Assembly: GCA_043797665.1 (NCBI GenBank)
Contig: JAZDPL010000073.1
Coordinates: 1 to 64,000 of the forward strand
DNA length: 64,000 nt
Direction: 5' to 3'
From: Candidatus Omnitrophota bacterium
GTDB lineage: Bacteria > Ratteibacteria > UBA8468 > MWAK01
The notes beneath the pieces are model-generated. The model did not search any database. It saw only the letters and a list, made by a program, of their open reading frames with translations, and was not told the origin of the DNA. How positions within the stretch are numbered: position 1 is the first letter of the stretch; every line of letters starts with the position of its first letter. Shown piece by piece: positions 52,915-62,343 of the stretch. The translations under genes were made by a program, and so were the position numbers.

Positions 52915-53676
52915 TCAAAAAATACTCATATCCTGTCTATACCCTTTCCATGGCGCTCCAACGCCGGCGTAGTCCTGGTCAAAGGTCTTTAATTTACTTT
53001 CGTTAACCGGTTCCACGTGTCCATCGGCAAAGAGACAGTTGGCCTGCCCGTTATGCCGCAAGTAAATACCGGGATAACCACTGTTCGGGACGTTCCACCA
53101 ATAGAACCACGAAGCCTGAGTTTCCCTCATAGAAGAAGGATCAAAGGCTGGTCCGAAGACAGAGTCGGCGGCGAGCACATACTCTGCCGGATTGCGGATT
53201 TTCTTGAAGATGGTAAAAGCTAATCCGCCAGAGTATTTCACACAAACACTACCAAACGGGTCAGGTTGATCGTTCCAGTCATAAACACTAAGTGCCCGTC
53301 GCATTCCATAGCATGTCCAATAATCCGTATAGACAGCCGGTTTACCTGATGGACACAAAGAAATACCCGATTTCCCAACGGAGGGGACCGGTAGATACCC
53401 ATTCTGATAATAGTAATACAGCCAAGAATAGTTGTCGCTTCCGTTGATGAGATAGTCGTCATTATCTTGGGCGTACATCATAAACGCCAGTCCTATCTGT
53501 TTCAGGTTGCTCATACAACTTGCCTGCCTGGATTTTTCTCTTGCCTGACTGAGCGCCGGCAGTAACATCGCCGCCAGGATGGCGATGATGGCGATTACCA
53601 CTAAAAGCTCTATCAAGGTAAACCCATTCCTGTGTTGGGACAAGACATTTGTCCGGTTTCCTATCTTTTTAACCAT
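52915..53676 (-). CDS. Prepilin-type H-X9-DG (DUF1559-like) protein
   Basis: RNG^[37 protein letters not shown]. Confidence 0.9.
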   Translation of the reverse strand: MVKKIGNRTNVLSQHRNGFTLIELLVVIAIIAILAAMLLPALSQAREKSRQASCMSNLKQIGLAFMMYAQDNDDYLINGSDNYSWLYYYYQNGYLPVPSVGKSGISLCPSGKPAVYTDYWTCYGMRRALSVYDWNDQPDPFGSVCVKYSGGLAFTIFKKIRNPAEYVLAADSVFGPAFDPSSMRETQASWFYWWNVPNSGYPGIYLRHNGQANCLFADGHVEPVNESKLKTFDQDYAGVGAPWKGYRQDMSIF

Positions 53677-53690
53677 TTTCCTCCTTTCCT

Positions 53691-55835
53691 CTAATCCCCC
53701 TCATTTCCCCTTTGTAAAAGGGGGTAAAGGGATTGGGAATCAATTTGGTTCGGTATCAGTTCTCCCACGGCGTATGTCTGAAATGCCGGCACCGATATTT
53801 CATGCCCCTTAACCTCTAAGCAGATTCTGTCGGGTTCCGTGTCAAAAAAGAAGAAGGTACATTTCCGATACTTGTCCTGGGGAATGAAGATTTTGACCGT
53901 GGAGACGGTATTCCGGTTATCATAATTGACCAGGTGCAGGTACTCTTTGCTGCCGTGAACAGCAGAAGTCCAGTTAACCGCCACACTTTCCGGAGCACGT
54001 ATAGTCAAAGATAGGTTTCCGGCCCACTTGATTGCCTTGAGAATTTGCACGCTGTTTTTGGGCAATGCCCAGTTGCAAAACGGGTATTCCGCCCAATTCC
54101 GGGCAGGGTTTTGACCCCTGATGAAGTAACGATTTGCGTCTGAGTCAAATCTCCAGTTCGGAAACCAATTTTCCTCTTTCACCTCGGGTACGACATCAGG
54201 AACATAGGCTACTTTTCCACCGCCGAGAACATTTTCAAAGCGGGCGTTTTCAGTGTACTTAAAAATCAACATCAGTTTCTTCATCAATAAGTTCTCCGGG
54301 TAACATCGGGAATTTTCATTCCTTTCCCCGCTTCTGCCCGTGACCAGAAGATTTCCACCTGCTCTCACAAACCCGGCAATCTCGTCCATAATATCCGTAC
54401 TAAGACAGGTTTGATTTGCCAGGACCAGGAGGTGATAGCCGGGGAGTTTCCTCTTGAGGTTCTCGTCAAACAGGATATCAAATGGAATCTGTTTCTGTAT
54501 TAACATCTGTTCTATCAGCATAACATGCCGATGTGCCGTGCGGGTGTCAAACGCCATAGACGAAAAGTTTCGCAGTATGGCAACTTCGGCATTGCTTACC
54601 ACGTTGCTAAAAATATCCGTGTGATTCTTTCTCCAGCCGGTAATATGATGCAGAGTCTCGGACATATGTTTATCATCAATCATCCGCAGTGCCCCTTTAA
54701 GGAAGCCAAGATGTCCTGAGTTGCCGCGGTTAAAGGCAAGAGATTCTGCGACCGAAAGGCAGAACCGCTTACGATCATAAGGAGATTCTTTACCGTGCGA
54801 TGGATATGGATGGTTATAGGCAATAACAGATTGTCCGATGGAGTCGGCAATTTTGTAGTCGCGTATTCTGTGGCAAAGTATTCCTTTTTCTCTAACGGCA
54901 GGGAGATGGCCGTCTTCGGAGAAAACGATGTCATTCCTACCCGCCAGCAGAGGCAGATATACTCCGAAGTAGGCGGATGTATTGGTCCAGGAGAAAATGC
55001 CGGAATTGATACACATTACCACGTTCGGGTCAAGGCGGTGTAAATAGTCGGAGAGTTCCCGGTGAAAGTCCGCAAAAAGAAAACACTTGTAACGGATCCA
55101 TTCCTGAACATCAGGTGCAATAAGGATACCCTGGAGGAACATGACGTTATTTATCCCGGCAATTGTTACACCCGGTTCCCAGGTTGGAATTTCTACTCCC
55201 TCTATGTTCCGGTGACCAAAATAGAGTGCGAACTCTTTTCGCCGCTTTCCCCATCGCTCAAGTAAAAACTTTTTGAAGCCTTCGCTGCACCTGGTACACT
55301 TACAAATAGACGCCTCATCCATTCCGGCCATTCCGTCAAAATGAATGGCATCTACCCCAAGTTCTTTCACCGCATACTGGATAACCTTTTTGGCGTATGT
55401 CCGGTAGGCGGATTCGTTAAAACAAATACGGTGGCGCCAGGAGCTCCCGCAAACAGGCACTTTTTCTCCACGTTCATTCCTGGCGACCCATTCTTTTGCT
55501 TCCGGCATTTCCTGGTAAAAAGTCTCTCCAATTATGTTATCTACACGGAAATAGACCGCTATTTTCATCCCATATTTATGGCAAAGATTAACCTGTTCTT
55601 TGACCCGTTCTCTCTCCTGGCGTTCTGTTTTCCAACCGAACCCCTTATGATAATGGGTGATGAAGAAGTTGAAACCGTTGCGAGCAAGTTTCTTGATGGT
55701 TTCTTCTTCATGCGCCATTTCATACTCTTTCAATGAGGCCGGGTCCTCCACACCCCACCGCCGCGAGACCATCAAAGACTCCCAACAGCCGATAACGACC
55801 ATACCGCTTGCCAACCAATCCTTCGACCGCTTCAT
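53691..55835 (-). CDS. Putative glycoside hydrolase with beta-galactosidase trimerisation domain
   Basis: [48 protein letters not shown]. Confidence 0.7.
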   Translation of the reverse strand: MKRSKDWLASGMVVIGCWESLMVSRRWGVEDPASLKEYEMAHEEETIKKLARNGFNFFITHYHKGFGWKTERQERERVKEQVNLCHKYGMKIAVYFRVDNIIGETFYQEMPEAKEWVARNERGEKVPVCGSSWRHRICFNESAYRTYAKKVIQYAVKELGVDAIHFDGMAGMDEASICKCTRCSEGFKKFLLERWGKRRKEFALYFGHRNIEGVEIPTWEPGVTIAGINNVMFLQGILIAPDVQEWIRYKCFLFADFHRELSDYLHRLDPNVVMCINSGIFSWTNTSAYFGVYLPLLAGRNDIVFSEDGHLPAVREKGILCHRIRDYKIADSIGQSVIAYNHPYPSHGKESPYDRKRFCLSVAESLAFNRGNSGHLGFLKGALRMIDDKHMSETLHHITGWRKNHTDIFSNVVSNAEVAILRNFSSMAFDTRTAHRHVMLIEQMLIQKQIPFDILFDENLKRKLPGYHLLVLANQTCLSTDIMDEIAGFVRAGGNLLVTGRSGERNENSRCYPENLLMKKLMLIFKYTENARFENVLGGGKVAYVPDVVPEVKEENWFPNWRFDSDANRYFIRGQNPARNWAEYPFCNWALPKNSVQILKAIKWAGNLSLTIRAPESVAVNWTSAVHGSKEYLHLVNYDNRNTVSTVKIFIPQDKYRKCTFFFFDTEPDRICLEVKGHEISVPAFQTYAVGELIPNQIDSQSLYPLLQRGNEGD

Positions 55836-55882
55836 GAAAAACTCCTCAATTTGTGCGATAAATCGCACCGCTACTGGGTAAC

Positions 55883-56947
55883 TTACGGGTAGATTTTGAC
55901 ACTGTTTCTGACCACCAACTCCGGCTTGACCACAATCTGGCGAGGAGATTTTTTTGCCCCACCCATCATCTTCAGTAATAAGTGTAAACCCGCCACGCTT
56001 ACTTTATCCAAATGCGGCTCAACGGTGGTAAGAGGCGGGTCGCTGAATAAAGTCTCCGAGATATTATCGTAGCCGACGATACTTAAATCCTCCGGGACTT
56101 TGATATTATTTTTGTGACAACAATCCAGTAGGTGCAGGGCACGGTGGTCATTGGCGGTAAAGACCGCGGAAGGCGGCCGCGGGAGAGCCAATAATTGCTC
56201 CAGGGCGGTCTCATCCTCTTTTGGGTTGAAGCCGCTGGTTTCTTTCGCCAGACTCTGGTCAAGATTTATCTTACTCTCTCTCAACGCCTGCTGATACCCT
56301 TCAAAGATGGATACAAACCAGGCTGAGGTAACCGGACCACAGATAAGACCTATTCTTCGGTGTCCCATTGTAATTAGGTACCTGGTACCTAAATATCCCC
56401 CTGTTTTTTTATCCACCCGTACCTGTACCACCTCTTTCTCTTCCCTGGCCGGGTGGAGGACAACGAAAGCCAGGTTATTTTCTTTTATCAGCGAGAGGTT
56501 GTAGGCGGCCGGGTTACGAAGAATGAGAATACCTACCTGATGGTTGTTTTTGGGGGAGAGCAGGGTTAAGAACCTTTCGGAAGTAATATCAAAGTCCACC
56601 CGTAATTTCTTTGCTTCCAGGGACAGGTTACGGACAATCTTACTGGCAACGTGGCTGGCCAAGAACTTCTCAGTTGATATTTTGTCGGGTATTACCAGCC
56701 GTATCTTTAAGGGCTGGGTAGAGACGTTGACTACGGTTCCCCGTTTCTGTACTTTTTTCACCAGTCCGTTGTGGTGCAGTTCATTCAGGACCCGGCGTGC
56801 GGTAATGTTACTAACCTTATATTTGGCGCAGATTTCGCTGAGAGTGTAAAAACGCTGACCGAATTCAAATCCGGGAATCTGGGTGATTAAATCATTACAT
56901 ATCTCTTCCCAGCGGGGGAACTTGTTCGTCTCTAACAAAAGTTCCAT
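55883..56947 (-). CDS. GntR-HTH / LacI-sensor hybrid regulator (AraR-like)
   Basis: KYKVSNITARRVL...RGTVV; FTANDHRA, PPLTTV, LVVRNS. Confidence 0.9.
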   Translation of the reverse strand: MELLLETNKFPRWEEICNDLITQIPGFEFGQRFYTLSEICAKYKVSNITARRVLNELHHNGLVKKVQKRGTVVNVSTQPLKIRLVIPDKISTEKFLASHVASKIVRNLSLEAKKLRVDFDITSERFLTLLSPKNNHQVGILILRNPAAYNLSLIKENNLAFVVLHPAREEKEVVQVRVDKKTGGYLGTRYLITMGHRRIGLICGPVTSAWFVSIFEGYQQALRESKINLDQSLAKETSGFNPKEDETALEQLLALPRPPSAVFTANDHRALHLLDCCHKNNIKVPEDLSIVGYDNISETLFSDPPLTTVEPHLDKVSVAGLHLLLKMMGGAKKSPRQIVVKPELVVRNSVKIYP

Positions 56948-57002
56948 TTTAGATTCTTCAGCTCAATACGCTTCAGAATGACCACAATTGGCTGATTATA
57001 TT

Positions 57003-57042
57003 TGTATACACTTATTTTACCATGCAAAAAGTCAAATGTCAA
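57003..57042 (-). promoter_or_regulatory. Promoter and GntR-type operator of locus 3
   Basis: TTGACA, 17 nt, TAAAAT with extended TG; TGTATACA palindrome at 57003-57010. Confidence 0.7.
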
Positions 57043-57287
57043 GTCGTTCGCCTCCGGCGAACCCCTACCTTGATGGTAGGGAACCCGTCCCAACGGGGGT
57101 TTACACCCCCAATGGCGGTCGCTAGCGCTCCCTGTTACCCCCTCTACTGCGTAAGGGGGTTCCTCGCCACCCTCCAACCAAGGGTTGGAGTCCCTCCATC
57201 TGGATGATGGAGTCCTCGTGCCTTGGCAATCCCCCCTTGAACCTACGAAGTATGAAAGATATAAATTCCTGTAGGTTCAAGTCGTTC
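57039..57287. mobile_element. Hairpin-rich non-coding element bounded by an 11-bp direct repeat
   Basis: TCAAGTCGTTC at 57039-57049 and 57277-57287; at least 6 stem-loops between them. Confidence 0.5.
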
Positions 57288-57315
57288 AAGTTTTAGTTTG
57301 AATTTTGGAACAAAT

Positions 57316-57374
57316 ACGTAGACCGTACCCGCTTAAGAGAAATCCACCAGCGCTACCATCCCCGCCCGTAAATA
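57316..57374 (+). pseudogene. xerD: 3' fragment of a xerD duplicate
   Basis: Matches 59008-59066 (2 mismatches in 59 nt), including the stop position. Confidence 0.9.
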
Positions 57375-57429
57375 AAATAAATGTTGTCTAATAATCTAAA
57401 AAATGTTATAATTTTTGAGGGGTTAAAAT

Positions 57430-57687
57430 ATGCCGATTATAAGCAGATTTTTTGGGATCGTAATTTACATGCTCTGGCGGGAACATCGGCCGCCGCATTT
57501 TCACGCTAAATACGGGGATGACGAAATAATCGTTGAAATCGAAAACGGCAAGGTCAACGGCACGATGTTAAAGCGCGCTCTTAATTTGATTCAAGAGTGG
57601 CGCGAATTGCACAAAGAAGAACTCATGCGCGACTGGGAGCTGGCAGAACAGAAAAAAGCTCTCTTCCCCATAAAACCCTTGGAGTAA
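57430..57687 (+). CDS. DUF4160 protein (putative toxin)
   Basis: MPIISRFFGIVIYM, EHRPPHFHAKYG. Confidence 0.9.
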   Translation: MPIISRFFGIVIYMLWREHRPPHFHAKYGDDEIIVEIENGKVNGTMLKRALNLIQEWRELHKEELMRDWELAEQKKALFPIKPLE

Positions 57688-57691
57688 ATCT

Positions 57692-57937
57692 ATGATTTTA
57701 CATGTTAAAGAAGCAAAATATCTTCACGATTATGTAATATGGGTGCGCTTTAACGACGGTATTGAAGGCGAGGTTGATTTAAAAGGCGAGCTGGAAGGCG
57801 AAGTATTCGGCCCGCTCAAAGATAAAAGAAAATTCAAATCTTTCAAAGTTGTCCCTATTCTTGAAACCATCGCTTGGGAAAACGGCGCCGACCTCGCCCC
57901 GGAATTCCTTCATGATAATTTGAAAATCTTGGCATAA
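57692..57937 (+). CDS. DUF2442 protein (putative antitoxin)
   Basis: VRFNDG..GEVDL, F.PLKD, WENGADLAPEFL. Confidence 0.9.
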   Translation: MILHVKEAKYLHDYVIWVRFNDGIEGEVDLKGELEGEVFGPLKDKRKFKSFKVVPILETIAWENGADLAPEFLHDNLKILA

Positions 57938-58127
57938 CTGCTCATTTCACCCGCAAATTTGACGTCATACCTAAAGTAGCGGTGCGATTTATTGCACGAA
58001 CGCACGAATAAGTGGCATAAATGCCCTTGCCAATTATATGGCAAGGGAACCCTTAATCCTTCCCTTACAGATTCAACTGTAAGGGGACCCGTCCACAAGG
58101 GGAGAGAAGAATATTTTTGACAGTACC

Positions 58128-59063
58128 ATGGCGGGAGTAAAAATTCCGGAAGTGGAGAGTTTTTTAGGCTACCTTTTGACCGAGCGGGGTCTGAGCCAGA
58201 ATACAATTTCCGCATACCAACGGGACATAAGCAAGTTTTATACCTTCCTGGAGAAGAAAGGGATTTCGGTTTCCGGGATGACCTATCCCCTCTTTACTTC
58301 CTTCCTTTTAGAACTGCGCGAGACCCTTTCCGCAACTTCATCTGCCCGGCTGGTCGCGGCCGTCTCCACCTACATTAAGTTTCTCTTACAGGAAGGCGTT
58401 CTAAAGGAACATCCCCTGCCGGATTTGGAAAGCCCTCGCTTAGAGAAGAACCTGCCCAGATTTCTTTCCCGGCAAGAGGTTGAAAGACTTTTGGCGACTC
58501 CGGACAGTTCTCCGGCCGGTATCCGGGACCGGGCGATATTGGAACTTCTCTACGCCACCGGAATGCGGGTGAGCGAACTGGCTAAATTAAAGGTGAGCGA
58601 TGTTGATTTGATTGAAAATCTGGCCCGGGTGAAAGGGAAAGGGAATAAAGAACGGTTGGTTCCTTTTGGTGAACCGGCGGCAAGGGCGGTCAAAAAATAT
58701 CTTGATGTAGTGCGGCCCTTTCAGGGTCGCGAAGAATTAACAGCGAGGCTAAAAGCCTCGCACTACGAAGGACCAAAAGCCGATGACCCTACCCTGTTTT
58801 TGAGCCGGCAGAAAAAAGGGTTGAGCCGGCAGTCGGTCTGGAAGGTCATCCGGAAATCAGCCCGGTTAGCCGGAATTTCCAAGAAGGTCTATCCCCATAT
58901 CCTGCGCCACTCTTTTGCCACCCACCTTTTGGAGGCTGGTGCGGATATCCGGCTGATTCAGGAACTCTTAGGACACCAGAGTCTGGCAACCACCCAGGTC
59001 TATACCCACGTAGACCGCACCCGCTTAAGAGAAATCCACCAGCGCTACCATCCCCGCCCGTGA
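58128..59063 (+). CDS. xerD: Tyrosine recombinase XerD
   Basis: NTISAYQRD, LYATGMRVSEL, GKGNKERLVP, HILRHSFATHLL, LLGH, TTQVYTHV, YHPR. Confidence 0.92.
   Translation: MAGVKIPEVESFLGYLLTERGLSQNTISAYQRDISKFYTFLEKKGISVSGMTYPLFTSFLLELRETLSATSSARLVAAVSTYIKFLLQEGVLKEHPLPDLESPRLEKNLPRFLSRQEVERLLATPDSSPAGIRDRAILELLYATGMRVSELAKLKVSDVDLIENLARVKGKGNKERLVPFGEPAARAVKKYLDVVRPFQGREELTARLKASHYEGPKADDPTLFLSRQKKGLSRQSVWKVIRKSARLAGISKKVYPHILRHSFATHLLEAGADIRLIQELLGHQSLATTQVYTHVDRTRLREIHQRYHPRP
58707..58766. repeat. 60-bp GTAG...CTAC REP doublet, in frame inside xerD
   Basis: GTAGTGCGGCCCTTTCAGGGTCGC...GCGAGGCTAAAAGCCTCGCACTAC. Confidence 0.75.
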
Positions 59064-59116
59064 ATACCGGGAAAGTGCGATGAATCGCACCGCTACTATG
59101 GATGAATGATGGCGGT

Positions 59117-60256
59117 TCAAGGTTGAAGGAGTTCAGGCAGGTTCTTAAGGAAATACTCTATCGGTAGAATCTCAATCTCTTTTTCTCTCATCGTCCGCTG
59201 TCCTCCGTAAATAAGGTAACGTTTGGCCATAGGATAGTCTTTAAGAAAACTTCTCAATCCGCTTAAGTATGCCCGGGAAATTCTGCCGGTGCGTTTAACC
59301 TCAAAGGCAAAAAGTCCTTTGTTTCCATATAAGATAAAGTCTACTTCCATTCCGTCAGATGTACGCCAGTAGTATATCTTATACCCTAAATGCAGGGCAG
59401 CATTTACCGCATGCAAATTCTGGAAAATCAGCGTTTCCAGAGCAACTCCTTCAGCCATTTCCGGCATATCCAGGGGACCCATCGGCCGGAGGACGCGGTA
59501 AACACCCGTATCAAAAAAGTAGAATTTCGGATGCGCTACCATCCGCCGACGGGCTCTTTTGGTAAAGGCGGGTATTCTGTACGCAATCAACAGGTCTTCT
59601 AAAATATTAAAATAACTTTCAACCGCTTTTCTCTCAACCGCACACTCCCGGGCTACCGAACAGATATTGAGAACAGAACCCTGAGAAAAACTTGCCGCTT
59701 CTAAGAATCTTGAGAAGGCGCCTAAATTCCGGGTCAATCCTTCGTAGCGCACCTCTTCCTCAAGATAAGTTTGAACATAACTTTCCAGGTAAGCCTTTGG
59801 GTCTTTTTCCGTATAGACACAGGGTAATTGACCATACGTCAGGGAATGACGTAACCTAAAGTCTTGGCCCAATTCCGGAGCCGTAAGCGGGTGCATAGAG
59901 CAGGTAAGGGCCCGACCGGCTAATAAATTCGGACCTTCCCTTTTAATCTTTCGGACACTGGAACCGGTAAGGACAAATTTGTATTTATATTTTTCAATCA
60001 GGCGATGGACTTCGTTTAGAAGTTCAGGAACGCGCTGCACTTCATCTATGATAATCCAATCGGGGAAGTTTTTGGGAATGAGGTTCTCAAGTCTCTGGGG
60101 ATTAGCAAGGAGGTCATTAAAGATTTCCGCCTCCAGCATATCCAGATAGATAGATTCAGGGAAGGTTTCTTTGACCCAGGTGGTTTTTCCTGTTCCGCGC
60201 GGTCCAAAGAGGAAGAAACTTTTCTCTCGGGGCGGTTTCAGCAATCTGGAGTACAT
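59117..60256 (-). CDS. AAA+ ATPase with DUF4143 domain
   Basis: GPRGTGKT, IIDEVQ, LTGSS, LAGR, KFYFFDTG, EVDF, EVK. Confidence 0.92.
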   Translation of the reverse strand: MYSRLLKPPREKSFFLFGPRGTGKTTWVKETFPESIYLDMLEAEIFNDLLANPQRLENLIPKNFPDWIIIDEVQRVPELLNEVHRLIEKYKYKFVLTGSSVRKIKREGPNLLAGRALTCSMHPLTAPELGQDFRLRHSLTYGQLPCVYTEKDPKAYLESYVQTYLEEEVRYEGLTRNLGAFSRFLEAASFSQGSVLNICSVARECAVERKAVESYFNILEDLLIAYRIPAFTKRARRRMVAHPKFYFFDTGVYRVLRPMGPLDMPEMAEGVALETLIFQNLHAVNAALHLGYKIYYWRTSDGMEVDFILYGNKGLFAFEVKRTGRISRAYLSGLRSFLKDYPMAKRYLIYGGQRTMREKEIEILPIEYFLKNLPELLQP

Positions 60257-60298
60257 AACTCCATTTTACTTATATTTTTGGAATTGTCAGGGCAATTA

Positions 60299-60348
60299 GT
60301 AGGAGCTTGATTTATCAAGCCCGCGGGTCGGATAAATCCGACCCCTAC
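60299..60348. repeat. REP-like doublet, family A
   Basis: GTAGGAGCTTGATTTATCAAGCCCGCGGGTCGGATAAATCCGACCCCTAC; supplies the stop codon of the TPR gene. Confidence 0.88.
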
Positions 60349-62279
60349 TGGGGGGAGTTTTTGCGCAGGAGTTCCAATAGTTCTCCGGGGATTTTCGTAC
60401 CCAGACTTTCGGCTTTGCGGACGTCTTCCCAGGCTTTGGCGTAGTTCCCTTTTTCCGCATAGGCGATACTGCGGTTGATGTAGGCGATGCCCAGTTGCGG
60501 GTTTATGACGGTCGCCCTGGTGTAGTCTGCAATCGCCTGGTCGCAGTTCCCCCGGTTACTGTAAGCCACCCCGCGCAGGTTGTAGGTTTCCGCATCGTTG
60601 GGGTTAGACGCTAACGCCCGGTTGTAATCTGCAATCGCCCACTCATATTTTCCCATCTCACTGTAGGTAACTCCCCGTACCTGATAGATACCGACGTCCC
60701 CGGCTTTAATCTCCAACGCTTTGGTGTAATCTGCAATCGCCCCCTCATAATTGTTATTGAGACGATACGCCAGACCCCGGCCCTGATAAAAGTCAGGGTT
60801 GTTTGGTGTCAGACCAATCGCCGAGGTATAAAAGAGAATCGCCTGGATGTAGTCACCGGCGTAGAGAGACTGGAGCCCCTGCTGATAATAGGTATTAGCG
60901 CTATTTTTTGGAGTCTGCTGTTCCATCGGTTTAGCCGGCGGCGCAGGTTCTTTCTGCTTTAAATTAACCGTGAGGCGCCGGGGAAAGGTTAAACTTGACC
61001 TGGGAGGTACGACAGGTTTTTCTTCCGGTTGTTTTTCTTGCATCGCAATTTTTGCCAGGGTCAGCGAAATGTTGGTTTTGATGTCTTCGTCATCCGGGTT
61101 AATTTCCTGGGCTAAGTTGTAAAAACTGAGTGCCCTGGCATATTCTCTTTGGGCAAAGAATGTCTCTGCCTGGTTATAATATGCCAGAAACTGTTTTTGT
61201 TCTTCCGGTGAAATTGAGGGTAGCGGTTTGTTTCCCGGGGCAGATTTTTCCGGTACTATCGGCTTGCAAAAAGGAGGCAGGCCGATGATTTTAAAGATTA
61301 TGGATAATACGGCCAGAATTACAAAGAGACCCAGAAACAGGACGGCCCGCTTCTTTTTTAGAGTCCGGAAGAAGGACCGTTTTGGAGCGCGGGGACCCCA
61401 ACTCTTGGTTGGGGAGACTGGTTCGTTGGTTTCCGGCACTACCCTCTCCATCGGAGGTAATTCTTCTTCCGGAGGTTCTGATTGACGGAACGAAACGGGT
61501 AATTTAGCCTGAATGGCTTCTATAAATGACGGGGAAACCCTGTACCCTAAGATTTTTGCTTGCCGGACGTCTTCCCAGGCGGTATCGTACTTTCCCTGAC
61601 CGTAATATGCCTCTCCCCGGGTGTAATAGAATCTTCCTGTTTTAGGATTAAGTTCTATCGCCTGATTACAATCAGGGAGCGCTTTTTCGTATTCCCCTTC
61701 TGCGTTGTAGATTTCTGCCCGGCTGTTATAGGCGTCGGCATACTCCTCACCGATGTTGGGGAGATTGTCCGGGTTAATCTTTATTGCCTGACTAAAGTCA
61801 AAGAGCGCTTTGTCATAATCACCCTTTCGGCAGTACGCTTTTCCCCGGTTGCCGTAAGCCTTGGCATAGGAGGGGTTGATGCTCAACGCCCGGGTATAGT
61901 CCGCAATCGCCTGTTCATAATCTTCGGTCATGCTGTAAGCATTGCCGCGGTTATAATAGTAGGTTGCCCGTTCCGGATTAATCCGGAGGGCGTGGGTATA
62001 ATCAGCGATCGCCAGGCGGTAGTCACCGATTGTGGCGTAGGCATTACCCCGGCGGTGGTAGGCTTTTTCGTGGTCCGGATTTATCTTTAAGGTCCTGGTG
62101 TAGTCGGCAATTGCCCCGGTATAATTTTTTTGAGCCCAGTAGACGATACCCCGGTTGTAATAGGCTTCCGTACTTTCCGGATTGAGTTCTATCGCCTGAT
62201 TGAAACAGTCGAACGCCTCTTCGTATTTACCCTGTTGATAGGCGGTGATACCCTGGTCGATCAGTTTCAGTACCGACAT
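60345..62279 (-). CDS. Tetratricopeptide repeat membrane protein
   Basis: Many AYYNRG...AIADYTRAL.INP repeats on both sides of one TM helix. Confidence 0.9.
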   Translation of the reverse strand: MSVLKLIDQGITAYQQGKYEEAFDCFNQAIELNPESTEAYYNRGIVYWAQKNYTGAIADYTRTLKINPDHEKAYHRRGNAYATIGDYRLAIADYTHALRINPERATYYYNRGNAYSMTEDYEQAIADYTRALSINPSYAKAYGNRGKAYCRKGDYDKALFDFSQAIKINPDNLPNIGEEYADAYNSRAEIYNAEGEYEKALPDCNQAIELNPKTGRFYYTRGEAYYGQGKYDTAWEDVRQAKILGYRVSPSFIEAIQAKLPVSFRQSEPPEEELPPMERVVPETNEPVSPTKSWGPRAPKRSFFRTLKKKRAVLFLGLFVILAVLSIIFKIIGLPPFCKPIVPEKSAPGNKPLPSISPEEQKQFLAYYNQAETFFAQREYARALSFYNLAQEINPDDEDIKTNISLTLAKIAMQEKQPEEKPVVPPRSSLTFPRRLTVNLKQKEPAPPAKPMEQQTPKNSANTYYQQGLQSLYAGDYIQAILFYTSAIGLTPNNPDFYQGRGLAYRLNNNYEGAIADYTKALEIKAGDVGIYQVRGVTYSEMGKYEWAIADYNRALASNPNDAETYNLRGVAYSNRGNCDQAIADYTRATVINPQLGIAYINRSIAYAEKGNYAKAWEDVRKAESLGTKIPGELLELLRKNSPQ

Positions 62280-62293
62280 CGTTTTCCTTATGA

Positions 62294-62343
62294 GTAGGGG
62301 CTTGATTTATCAAGCCCGCGGGCGCCATGAATGGCGCCCCTAC
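62294..62343. repeat. REP-like doublet, family A
   Basis: GTAGGGGCTTGATTTATCAAGCCCGCGGGCGCCATGAATGGCGCCCCTAC. Confidence 0.88.

Noticed and set aside
46339..59063. Integron (integrase plus cassettes)
   Set aside because: The recombinase has XerD signatures and no IntI-specific insertion; I found no attC-like sites between cargo genes.
60345..62279. Internal DNA repeats as a diversity-generating retroelement template/variable pair
   Set aside because: Explained by TPR protein repeats; no reverse transcriptase in the window.
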